From Marsupella aquatica (lineage: Eukaryota > Plantae > Marchantiophyta): a stretch of 64,000 nucleotides of DNA. Made by a program: the position numbers and the translations under genes. The notes beneath the pieces were generated by a model that worked only from the letters and a program-made list of their open reading frames with translations, ran no database searches and was not told where the DNA came from. Numbering within the stretch: position 1 is the stretch's first letter; every line of letters starts with the position of its first letter. Below are positions 52,217 to 63,686 of this stretch, in pieces. The DNA lies in assembly GCA_973895155.1 (NCBI GenBank), contig OZ316893.1, forward strand, positions 10,917,660 through 10,981,659. The letters are read 5' to 3'.

Positions 52217-53620
52217 TCAAGAGCGACAGCCTTTTAACAAAATGCCTCCACAGAAGAAGGCGATCATAATGTAGAGTAGAATCACAATGAGACATGTCAA
52301 GGAAGCCCTGCGGTCCCACAGAAGGTAAACCTCTCGTAAGTAACGATTGCACGTTCACTTAGAAAACGACGACAACAATCCACCTATCTCAGAGATGTGT
52401 TATTTTTGTGTTGCTATCGAGTACGAAATTCTTCACAAAATTGTAACCAAATCACACTTACACGCTTAATATTTAATCAAAACTAGTGGAGGACCACGAA
52501 CGGATAGCGAGGGTGTCTTACAAGAGTTTTGCATTTTTGATCCACATTGACTGGCGAAGTCGCCGAGACTGCTTCTTAAAGCGGAATGAGTTATCTTGAA
52601 TAGTTGTTGTCTTGTCAACCAACAATTCTATCCTATCTCCTCTGTCCAGCACCTTGTCAATGTTTTCCACCATGACAGCACGAACCTGCCAGAAGAACAT
52701 ACCAACTCCTCAGTTTTCCACAGTATGGACACTCAGTGGTCAATAGCGGAAGTAAGGTGACAGCACTGGCAAATTTTGACCACTAAAACTATCCCAAGTG
52801 AACACTTGTCAGAACACTACTTCAAAATAGCTAAGGGCAGGATCATTTCATTTTACAAAGAGAATTTGGTGTAGATTTAACGGCTGAAGTTCGGTCGGCA
52901 ATCAATCTAACTAATATTGCGAAGGCAACGATTATTCTGTAGTGGTTCCTAGCAAATAACTACGAGGTATAGTTGTGGAATCGGACCACAACAAGCAACT
53001 ACGTTAGAAAAAGAGAGGAAAGTTGTATTTATGGAGTGAAGATAACTTACCTCCGCAATCTCTCCCTTCACTCTGTTGATGGTATCGGCGTTCGGGTTAC
53101 TTGAAAAGTACTCCATCTGCTGGTGCAAGATCCTTGAAAATTCATCATTCATGGCATATGCAAGAGCTGTTTGCGCCACTCGCCCATAAGTTTTCATAAA
53201 TCGCATCTGAATATCTTCCAAATATGCAAAGGGAATTCTTCCTGCGGAACAGAGGCAACCCGTTAGAGGCTGAATTGTCCATTGTAAAAGGTTCATCTTT
53301 CATGTATCGTACGAGTCGTGCAAAAGGCGATTCAGTACATGGTGGTTATGGAAGAATTGTGTCACTAGATCCTAAGCTTAAAGGGAAAAAGATAGATGCT
53401 TACTTCCAAAAGCATCGTCTGCCATGCAGAGGAATGTCAAGCCGTCAGACTTCATGATGTGGAAAATGTGGCGGTCTTGTGAGTATGAAACACGACTGTC
53501 GCCACTGGCCGGTAACTTTTCGAGAATTCGACGAGCCACGGTACTAGCATTTCCTGATGCGGCACTGAATTCCGCTAGCACCACAGAACCTCGAGCGACC
53601 AAAGCATACAAAATTGCCAT
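52217..53620 (-). CDS. VAMP714: Vesicle-associated membrane protein, VAMP71 clade longin R-SNARE (VAMP714-like), 4 coding exons, 220 aa
   Basis: Exons 53404-53620, 53051-53241, 52522-52685 and 52217-52307 (GT..AG, 663 nt in frame). Longin domain MAILYALVARGSVVLAEFS...RRIPFAYLEDI...AYAMNDEFSR, R-SNARE motif VMVENIDKVLDRGDRIELLVDKT, TM tail LASLTCLIVILLYIMIAFFCGGILLKGCRS*. Confidence 0.95.
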
Positions 53621-55173
53621 TTTTTCTAGACTGAGGAAGTCCTGAAGGCAATGAATAAATCAGTACTGAAAACGATACCCAACAACCTGACGCTCGCAAT
53701 TCGAGAAACTGGTTCCATTGCATCAGTTCAGTTAACTTAATTCTCCAAAAGCTAGGTATCTGAGCTGAAGAACGCCACTAGTTTACTTGCTCTAAACATT
53801 GTCCTACGAAAAGCTTACTTGCCATATCGGACAAATCCCTAAAGCGTGAGGGACTTCAATGCCCATGAGAGCAACTGCTCTCAAAAGGTTTTTCTTAAAA
53901 AAAAAGGTTCTGCTAAGATCCCAACTTCTCTGTCATCTCGGCAGTGCTTTCTCTTCCTTATTCCTTCTGTGGATTCACGTGCTTCACATTCCTTCAATTC
54001 AGAAAAAAATCAATTCTGTCTGCCCGTCTATCTGTCTGCCTGTCTGTTCTGTCTGTCTCCGAGTGACTTCAATTTCAGACCGTCGATTGCCTCCGGTTTT
54101 CAAACCTCGTCATTGATTCCCTGTCTGCTGCTTGCTTACAATCCTTGAGAAAGAGAAAAACCTCTTATCTTGCATTCTGGGAGGATTGTAAGCAACAGCT
54201 ATGTCGACCTTTTACACTCACTGTTGATCACACATAGTAACCTAAACCCTGTGGTCCATAGCAAGGACAAATTCTAAAAAGCTTCTACCAGCCGTTGCCC
54301 TAACAGAATCAGTTCTACTGAGGCGATCTGAGATGAAAGATTCGACCATGGCGGACGCAACCTGCTGTAGGTGACTTTTATTCTTGCGCTCTCTCAAAGA
54401 ATAGGAAGGAAGCAACTGCCCGTGTTATAACGCAGAGTAGGCTCTCTTCTTCACTTCTAGATACTGTTCAGATAGGAACCAGAGTACTATAGATCGTGGG
54501 AGGGAATAACGAGTCGATGGTGTCATCTCATGTAGAGGAATGTAGTCATATGGGGAAGATCCAAATGGAACTAAAGGTCATCCGATCCACATAGTGATTC
54601 GATATCATCAACGAGTCCGCAGTGTGGAATAATGATTGAAATTCGAACCGGACCAACCGATCTGCTTCAATTTCACCATCCTGCATACATGTCACGAAAA
54701 GCAGAATAACTCTAGTAGTGGATCGAATGGAATTATCTCTTACTTGTCCACGATAGGATTCCACCGGCCGGTGATTCTTCCCTCCAAGACCGACCGAAGA
54801 AAAAATCCGCAAAGCGGGCCAAAGACGCGACACCGTCGGACTACAAAGTCCGATCCTCGGACGCCACAATCTCAACGAAACCGTTCCTCGAACGATTCAA
54901 ACCTCGACACAGCACTCGTTCCCATCGATACACACCGAGTCCCGGCTCCGCCCGAGCTCTCAGCGAGGCACCAGAGCATCAAGCGGGAGAGCAGCTGCCA
55001 TGAACCTGCGAAATGGATTGATCCACAAAACCCTGAGCAAATCCGGTCACAGCACCGAAAAGAGCACAACTAGGTCGGGTCTCCCGTTCCCGCAAATGGA
55101 GGCCCCAAATTGAGGAGCAGTCACACTTTGCGCACAACACCACGAAACCGAAAGACGCTAGATGACTCGAAGA

Positions 55174-55187
55174 GTGAGACAGAGCGA

Positions 55188-55225
<38 letters not shown>

Positions 55226-55285
55226 TTCTTCAGCTTCTCCTCGTGTTATCGACACGAAACCCAGAGAATAATAATATGGGCCCAA
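55174..55285 (-). promoter_or_regulatory. Putative VAMP71 core promoter/leader: site II (TGGGCC) element and (CT)n/(GA)n tract
   Basis: ATGGGCCCA at about 55276-55284 followed on the minus strand by a (CT)n microsatellite at 55174-55224, typical of plant housekeeping TSS regions. This implies a 5' UTR intron ending at about 53643. Confidence 0.45.
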
Positions 55286-55339
55286 CCAATGCAGTGCAAT
55301 GTGAAGAGCATCGATGGATGATGTCTACACGTTAACTCA

Positions 55340-55732
55340 TATCCTTCTATCCAGGCATTTTGTAATCTTGTATTTTTGGGCAGGTGTCACTTATGCCGAG
55401 TTAATTCGTGTGCTGCTATCAAGGGTTTCGTTTTGTATGTTTTGCAGGTGGCACTTATGGCAGTTTTATTCATATGCTTCTATCCAGGTTTCGTTTTGTA
55501 TTTTTTGCAGGTGGCACTTATGGCAGTTTTATTCCTGTGCTTCTATCCAGGGTTTAGTTTTGTAGTATTTGCAGGTGGCACTTATGGTAGGCTCCCTCAT
55601 ATCCTTCTATTTTTGGGCCCTTTGTGTATTTGGGCCTTTTCCATTTTGGGCAGGTGGCACTTATGGCCAGTTTGCTCATATCTTTCTGTCCTGGGTTTAC
55701 TTTTGTATTTTGGGCAGGTTGCACTTATGGCT
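55340..55732. repeat. Tandem array, about 63-bp unit with GCAGGTGGCACTTATGG core, 6 copies
   Basis: Core at about 55380, 55444, 55508, 55571, 55650 and 55714. The intervening sequences are homologous (CTTCTATCCAGG..TTTTGTA). Confidence 0.88.
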
Positions 55733-55765
55733 TGCTGAGAATCCTCCTAATAGCAAAATGTATGT

Positions 55766-56112
55766 TGTTAAGCATAGACGACACTCGTAACGGTAAGCAC
55801 ATGACACATCCAACTCGCAAGCAGTCGACACAAGAGATACATGGTTCAAGTTCTCGAGGTTACGTCCACGGGAACACACAAGAGAGCTTTACTGAACTCT
55901 AAGCCCGTCGGCTATATATACCAAGTCTCCACAGTGTAAGCTCTCCTCATCTCTCAAGTGGCTCCATAACAATGAGCCTAAGTTCCACTTATCCAAGCAA
56001 ACACCGCTTGGCATATAGTGTGCATCCTAGTTAACCTAACCACGTCTTTGACTACAGTTAGTCTAACTATGGTTACATGTCGTAACCCTAGACCTTGAGT
56101 AAATACTTAACA
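55766..56112 (-). mobile_element. Solo LTR (347 bp), same family as 29571-29915
   Basis: TGTTAAG...CTTAACA termini; reverse-complement colinear with 29571-29915. TSD degenerate. Confidence 0.7.
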
Positions 56113-57224
56113 TGTTTGTGCCGGCATTGTATGACTAATATATATATATATGTATGACTAATATATATATGGCCAGATTTGGACCATTGATTTTGGCAAG
56201 TAATCACTAGAACTGGTTTAAACTGTCACTGGCCATATATAATGGGGAGGTGTCCAAGATCTCCCCATTTTTCCACACCACATTCACTTTCTCCTCTTGT
56301 GCATGCCAGCTTGTTCCATGATATATTTCAGGACAAATATGTTTTTTATGGTAGCTACGGGTACCCACAGCTTTTGAAGGGCAGACATGGTTCAGAACAT
56401 ATTAATTTTGTACATTTGCAACCCACGGTACCTGCTAGCAAACGTACAAAAGTTCCCATAGAAAGGAAACATTGCGTTCTCTATTGCTCAGTTCATGTGA
56501 GAACTGTGCTACCACCGAGCAACACTATAGCGCTGCACTGCAGTCAGGTTAGGACTGTGGCCAAATTGCCTTTGAACGCAAGAGGGAAATGAAGATGATA
56601 TTGTCAACAAAGGTCATTCCTCCCATCAAGATGGTGCTTGGGCAAGGAGCTTTGGCCAGGTGTGCAGGGCAAGGGTACTTGTGGATCAACAGTTTTTTAG
56701 TCAGTGGTGGAAAGAGTCTTAGTGGGGTTTTTTTTTGTCTTCCATAGACTTGGGAGTTGGATCCTAGGTTTGATAATGTCAAGTCTCAATGGTGGCCACT
56801 TGCTAAATTCACAATTTATGGGTCTAAGTCAGGTCTCAGAAAGCAAAATCTTCTGGATAGAGGTTGACAATTCACAATCATGTTTTGAAAACTCTCCAAA
56901 CTTATATGAAAGTTCTTGCTAGGGGGTCCCACTATATAAAGGCATCTCCTGCAACGTTTAGGACCTTGGACGCCATCAAATGTATGGGAATATTCATTTT
57001 GAACCTCTATTAAGATAGAATACTCTTGGAATGTTCCCTAAATTTGACTTAAAAAATGTTAAATAATGTACTGATAAGTCTCAAAATTGAATTTTGAATG
57101 ACCCTCATGTTAGTCCAAGAAAATGATCAAGTCTTTCCTTAGAACCAATATATAAATTGTCCCTATGCTTGGTGAACTATGACATCTTCCTTCATGACGG
57201 TCCAATCATTATTCATTTCATGCA

Positions 57225-57508
57225 CACGTAGTCGACACAATCTCTACGTGGTTCACCTCTTCTATAAAGCTATGTCTACACAAACACTCAAACTTTATTT
57301 CAAGAGTAGATGAACACACATGCTCTCTCTCTTCAATTCCTCAAGTTGCTCCGTTACAAAATGAGTAAGCATCACACCCCAGTGGCTTACACTAGCCCTG
57401 ATATATACAAGGTCACACATGACTAACCTAACCTCAGCTAAGACCCTAATAGTGGTTAACCTAAGTATCGTAACCTTTGAGTCACAAGACTAAGAGCAAT
57501 CCTTAACA
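57225..57508 (-). mobile_element. Truncated LTR, same family
   Basis: Shares AGTCGACACAA...TGGTTCA...CTCAAGT.GCTCC.T.ACAA...TAACCTAACC...TCGTAACC...CTTAACA with 55766-56112. Confidence 0.6.
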
Positions 57509-58246
57509 ATGCTTTGTTGCACATGATGTGGAGATGTGTGGAAATGAAAACCACGAGAGTTGTTGATAAATAGCAAAAGAGCAAATAGTTACTCTATGAT
57601 TTCTAGTAATACTGGATAGGCTTTCTGAAGATAGTTATTTTATTTTTCTTAGTCCATTTTCTAGAACCACCCGAATCAAAAACTATAATACACTGTTGTG
57701 CCAAAGAAGGAAGTAGTAGTCATTCAAATTGGGCAATGCTCTTTTGGGTGGAAAAAATGAAAACTTGGAAAAGTGGAAGGAATAAATCAAAATGAAATAT
57801 ATTGGGTGTGTACTGTTTTCCAAGCAAGAAGAAAAGTGGGAACCAATCATGACCCTTCAAGAAAATATTATATTTTTGACACAATTAGATCTATTTATTT
57901 TAGATACATACACCCGTCTAAAATAAATGTATGCCCAAGATGTCCTTTAGCCTACCCTTGCATACTTTAAAAAAACACACTTAAATATTAGAAAAATAAT
58001 TAAAACAATGAAAACTTAATTTAAAGTTTGTAAACAAAAATTTAAACGTTAAAATTTTTGAAAAACTTTTGAATATAAATACCTTATAAGAACCACTCTC
58101 AAATTGTTTTTAAACTTGAAGAAATATGTATAGTTTTTCTTGTCACTTGGTTGTACTTGGATTTTATAGGCTGTGTGGTGGTCCAATTTCTATGTGCAAC
58201 TCACCTATTATTGAACACAACTGTATGGCCGGGATCATATATAACA

Positions 58247-58860
58247 CTAACACAATGCCTGTGCGTTGCACGAAAGATGTCAAGTGATAAAAAGATGTTG
58301 AGGTGATAAAAAGATGTGGAGTGATAAAAAATGTGGAATGATAAAAAGATGTCGAGGTGATATAAGGATGTCAAGTGAAAAAAAAATGTCGAGTGATAAA
58401 AAGAAGCCGAGATATAAAAAGATGTCATGGTGATAAAAAGAAGTCGAGTGATAAAAGATGTTGAGTGATAAACAGATGCCGAGTGATAAAAAGATGTCAA
58501 GGTGATAAAATGACGTCCAGTGATAAAACATGTCAAGGTGAGAAAAAATGTCAAGGTGAGAAAAAATGTCAAGGTGAGAAAAAATGTCAAGGTGAGAACA
58601 ATATCTCAAAGTGATAAAACGATGTAGAGGTGATATTAAAAGATGTCAAAATGATAAAAAGATGCCAAAGTGAGAAAAAATGTTGAGGTGAGCAAAAGAT
58701 GTCAAGATGAGCAAAAGATGTCCATGAGAGAAAAGATGTGGAGGAGATTAAAACATTTTGAGAAAAAAAATATGTTTAGGCAAGGCACAATTGTCAAGGT
58801 GATAAAAGGTGTCATGGGATACGACAAACATGATGAAGATGAAATACATAAGATGCTTAA
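58247..58860 (-). mobile_element. Non-autonomous Helitron with internal minisatellite, same family as 40255-40780
   Basis: An array of GATGTCAAGGTGA(T/G)AAAA units. The minus strand ends CGTGCAACGCACAGGCATTGTGTTAG|T, a typical plant Helitron 3' hairpin plus a decayed CTAG. Confidence 0.75.
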
Positions 58861-59278
58861 ATATAAATTATATGAGCTCAGGGCATGTTGAAGACATTAA
58901 TACCACACTCATGCAAACTTTATTCATGTTCAATAAAAAGTTTCATCATATACAACATTTTTGGTCAACCTTGCAAGACCCTCCTCAGAATCCGAAAGAA
59001 AAACCTTAATATATCTAGGTATAACCCTAAGTATATTGAACGCTGGCTGGGCCACACCATTGCAAGAGACTTGAGACTTTGATGGGGACCCAATATCCGT
59101 CGAGGATACTGTTTACCGGGACCCCTTGTCTCACCCTCCCAACCTTCAAGGCCATCGTCCTACTTCTAGGTTGTCTCTTGCCCCTATGGTATCCTCTTAA
59201 TTGCATGGGCTAATGCAAGCACACTAAAGATATCCCATGCAACAAATCTACTACCTTGTCACTTGAACAAAGAGGGTT

Positions 59279-59350
59279 CACAAAATTTGAGTCATGCACA
59301 TATGCAAAATTTGAGTCATGCACATATGCAAAATTTAAGTCATGCACATT
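59279..59350. repeat. 24-bp unit x3
   Basis: CAAAATTT(G/A)AGTCATGCACAT repeated three times. Confidence 0.8.
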
Positions 59351-59737
59351 AAAACTTGCAAAAATTATAAGGTTGTCCCAACACAATGGAATGAAGAGGA
59401 AAAAATCCCATTTTTTCAGAACTTGCCTAACCATTCTTAGAGAACACCCAATTTCTCATTTCTTCTAATTAAAAAATAGAAATAAAAATACACTGGATCA
59501 TTCTATGCTCCCCACCCATTTTCAGAATGCACATAACTACTAAAAATTACACAAAGTCAACATATAAACTTCGAAGTTCTGCTTAAATAATATATTATTA
59601 AAAATTAATTTCAATAATCACCCGGGAAGGAATTCATTCCACGGCAAGTAAACTTTAAGGACAAATTTTACTGGCCATCCCTCTTAAAGCTACCGTACAT
59701 GCACTCCTCCCTCTCGTGTGAGTTTCCAGATCTAATA

Positions 59738-60738
59738 GAGATATATGCTTGATGGGCCCCCTAGTGAACCTTTCTTACCTGATGGGCCCCTAGGTAACTT
59801 TTTTTACCAAGTAGGACCCCTCTTAATGACCAGTACACCTGTTCTTGTGTGGTGCCTACACCTGTCCTTGTGTGGTGCCTACTATGTATGGTGACTCCAA
59901 GCAAACTGCACAGTTGAACCGTGCGGTCAACCTTGCATGGTCGACCGAAAAACCACAGAGATGATTTGGGAGAAACCGCAAAAAGCGACTGCCGCTGTCG
60001 AAACTGCGATTTGAAGACAATATGCATTATGTCTTCGGATTCATTGGGTTAATGCCTGAAGACACAATGGATTATGTCTTCGGGTTCAAATTTTTACCGT
60101 ATCATGGGGTAGTTATTAGGTATGTTTTTCACGTTGCGCACATGGGTTTTTCACGATGTTTTCATGCACGAAGTCCTGTCAGCGTCAGTGTGGGGTACCT
60201 CCAAATGTCCACAAAGAATATTCAAGTTCAATGTTCGGAATTTGCCTACTGCCGCCACAACAAAAAATGGCAAATGATTGACAAATGCGCTCAAAAAATG
60301 GTAATACTCCCCTATGCAATGCATACAAACAATTTCAAAAGAAGACAGACCCAAAGGTGTTGGGGTACACCATAAACCCTAAACCTTGAAACACGGGAAG
60401 ACATAATCCATTGAGGCTTCAGGCATTAACCCATTGAATCCAAAGACAATGCATATTGTCTTCAAATCATAGTTTTGACAGCGGCAGTTGTTTTTCACGG
60501 TTTCTCCCAAATCATCTCCGTGGTTTCTCAGTCGACCATGCAAGGTTGACCGCACGGTTCAACTGTGCAGTTTGCTTGGAGTCACTATACATAGTAGGCA
60601 CCACACAAGGACAGGTGTAGGCACCACACAAGAATAGGTGTACTGGTCATTCTGAGGGGTCCTACTTGGTAAAAAAAGTTACCTAGGGGCCCGTCAGGTA
60701 AGAAAGGTTTACCAGGGGGCCCATCAAGCATATATCTC
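59738..60738. mobile_element. Non-autonomous Mutator-like element (MULE), 1001 bp, about 345-bp TIRs, 9-bp TSD
   Basis: Termini GAGATATATGCTTGATGGGCCCCC.../...GGGGGCCCATCAAGCATATATCTC. Arms 59738-60082 and about 60397-60738 are highly similar. A perfect TSD GATCTAATA lies at 59729-59737 and 60739-60747. Confidence 0.93.
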
Positions 60739-60773
60739 GATCTAATATGGTCCTCCAAACATGATATTTTAAT

Positions 60774-62625
60774 GAGGGAGACGAGTCCCTGCATTGTCAT
60801 TCAATGCCCCTCGATTCTCCCCCATAGTCCACCAGAATACTCTGTCCATTTTTGTGTCTCATTTCAGTTTCAGGTCAGCCCCATTTTTGGGTCCCGGTTC
60901 AGTTTTGAGGAGGACACAGATTTTTGAGGAGTTCTAATGTTTGATGGTTTTAATTTATTCACAAATAATGTAAAACTATAATATTAATTTTAAAAATATC
61001 AATATATTTGTTAATAAAAAAATAAAAAAATTAGAAAATATTAAATGGTAATGAGCATGGAGAATTGATGCACATAAGTAGTGTGTGACCTAGTCATATT
61101 GGAGGTCAGTTGAGACTATGATGTGGCGTGTTCAAGGCACAAGATGGGCAACTTTTCTTTTCTTTGATTGAGGGCATGGAAAGGAATGAATGTTGGAGGG
61201 GGCAGGGGTGTCTAATTGTATTTGAAAATGGAAATGGTAAATGAGATATATATGGGGGTTTCAAGTAATTTGGAGATAGCAAAAATAACAAAGGAAACAC
61301 CCATGAGAGCCAGGGAGATAAATTAACCTATTTTGTTAATTTCTTGTACTTGCCCATTGTTGTGAGGTGCCAATCATGCTCCTGGTTGGGTTCAGTTTTA
61401 GGAAGAATCCAACAAAAGAGGTTAGCGCGAGAAGCCAACAAAAGAGTTTAGAAGTCAAAAGGCAAACAATATTAGAGGTGGTGTTGACAGGAGAAGAAAG
61501 GCCTTGTGCAACAAGCTGAGAAACCAGTAAGACAAAAGAGAGCCCCTTGAAAAGGCACAAAAACCAACCCAGCAGAAGGCCCCTATGAAGCGAGTCCAAA
61601 AGTGTGTGGTAGAGAAGACAACAGGGCCAGGATTGAGAAGTGTGGTCCAATTGACAGGGTTTTTAAAGTTTGCAAGGAATTGGTGCAAGCATGGGTCTTA
61701 ATTCTTTGAGTGTCTTGACAAATGTGTCAAGCACAGCACCTTTGGTAGACTTGTTTTCCAGGGTAGCCAACTTAGACTATTTCCAACCTTGTATGTGGAA
61801 AAGATATGTGATTGAGTGATTGAGTGATTAATTGTAGGGTGGTAGACTGCCATTGGCTTCTAGGTTTTCTATTGATTTGAAAACAAATTTCATGAATAAA
61901 GTTTTGCTTCTTATACAATAAGATGCGTGCTTACCATGAATGATTTAGGAGATAAATGATTTTTTATGTGATCATGTCTCCTCAACTTTTCTGTTGCTGC
62001 TATATGGCGCATCCTTGGTTCATATCCCCAAGTCCAATTTGTTTGGACATTATTTTAATTTTTATGCCTGGCTCTGATGGGTGTCTCCTTTGTTATTTTT
62101 TCTATCTCCAAAATTACTTGAACTCCTCATATATATTTTATTTACCATTTCCATTTTCAAATACAATTAGACACCCCGCCCCTCTAACGTTCATTCCTTT
62201 CCATGCCCTCAATCAAAGAAAAGAAATGCTGCCTGTCATGTGCCTTGAACACGCCACCTGGTAGTCTCAACTGACCTCCAATACCACTAGGTCACACACT
62301 ACTTCTATGTGTCAATTCTCCATACTCATTACCATTTAATCTTTTACAATTATTTTATATTTTATCTTAAAAAAGATATTGATATTTTTAAAATTAATAT
62401 TATATTTTTATGTCATTTTTCAATAAGTTAAAAATGTCAAGCATTAGAACTCCTCAAAAATCTGTGCCCTCTTCAAAATTGAACCTGGATCCAAAAATGG
62501 GGCTGGATCCAAAAATGGGGCTGGCCTGAAACTACAATGAGACACAAAAATGGAGAGAGTATTCCTGTGGGCTCCGGGAGAGAATCTAGGTGCATTGAAT
62601 GACAATGCAGGGACTGGTCTCCCTG
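60774..62625. mobile_element. Foldback-type non-autonomous DNA transposon, 1852 bp, about 555-bp TIRs
   Basis: AGGGAGACGAGTCCCTGCATTGTCATTCAATGC... (60774-61327) is mirrored by ...GCATTGAATGACAATGCAGGGACTGGTCTCCCTG (62054-62625). Possible 3-bp TSD AAT on both sides. Confidence 0.88.
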
Positions 62626-63686
62626 AATTAAAAAATTGGAGATGGAGGCACACTTTCCAATGTGACTCCTTCCCACGTGTCTTTCTAATCACATTGTTCT
62701 ATGGTACCTTTATCTCATTCTTTTATAAATCCAACTATCATATTATACACATTGTATATCTAATGGATACATATCACTCCTGCCCTTTTTCATGGTTTGT
62801 AAGCGTACCAAAGTTGAGATTTGGCTGCTTTGCATATTATAGAGTGTTTGAGATTTGGTGGCCTTGCATATTATAGCATATTATAGAGTGTAGGTGAGAA
62901 TCATGGTCTTCGCATAACCAGATCTCACCTCCTGCATTGTGGCGCGCGGTTCATATAGAACATTGAGCCCTGGGTCAGGACGTCACGATGTGAGTCCTCG
63001 ACGACACATAGTAGAGAGGGGCCCCGTTGAGTACAAAATTATAGTTGTGGTCGGTTGAAGTCCAGACGATATGACGATAAGCATGCGTCTCTGCGTTTTC
63101 GAAAGCTGACTGACGACCGAGTCCACTGTGATCCCGTCCGACCCGACCTGAGAGTGTGAAAGTTGATCAAGACCGAGTCTCAGAGACAAATATCTCAGTT
63201 CGCACATCTTTCAAAACCTGGAGGTTCTCCACATCCTTCCCCATCTCGCGATTCTAGTTTTGAACGCATCACTTCGATGTCCGGATACTGTAGTCACTCG
63301 CAAGGTCACACGCTCGGTCCGGACTTATTTCAACACAGCTGATCATTTTCACTTTCCTCGAGCAGAATCCAGTCATTCACACGTCCGTCTATAATCTCTT
63401 TTTGATCCAGTGCTCCTGAGCTGAATCGATCCACCGCCATCCAGCAGCTCCAGCTCAATCCATGCGTACTTCCGAGGGCATGAATTTGGACCTGTCCAAA
63501 TCACTCGGCTGATCTTTTCTCAACAAGCTCGGCTAGGTGAAGGCTGGAGCTACAGCACTAGTACACTAGAACTGTATCGGATCCAGGAGACAAATAACGT
63601 TTGCCGTGTTTATATCTGCCCTCCAGCCACGTGAGCCTTCCAGGCCCGAAAACTGATCAAAACAGCTTCAACACCATCGATCAAGG

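Noticed and set aside
55340-55732. CRISPR-like look: conserved 17-18-bp core with regular spacing
   Set aside because: The spacers are homologous to each other, no cas genes are present and the context is eukaryotic; this is a diverged minisatellite.
58201-58891. ORFs with HLDIFS / LTLTFF repeats (also at 40202-40602)
   Set aside because: Translations of the Helitron minisatellite.
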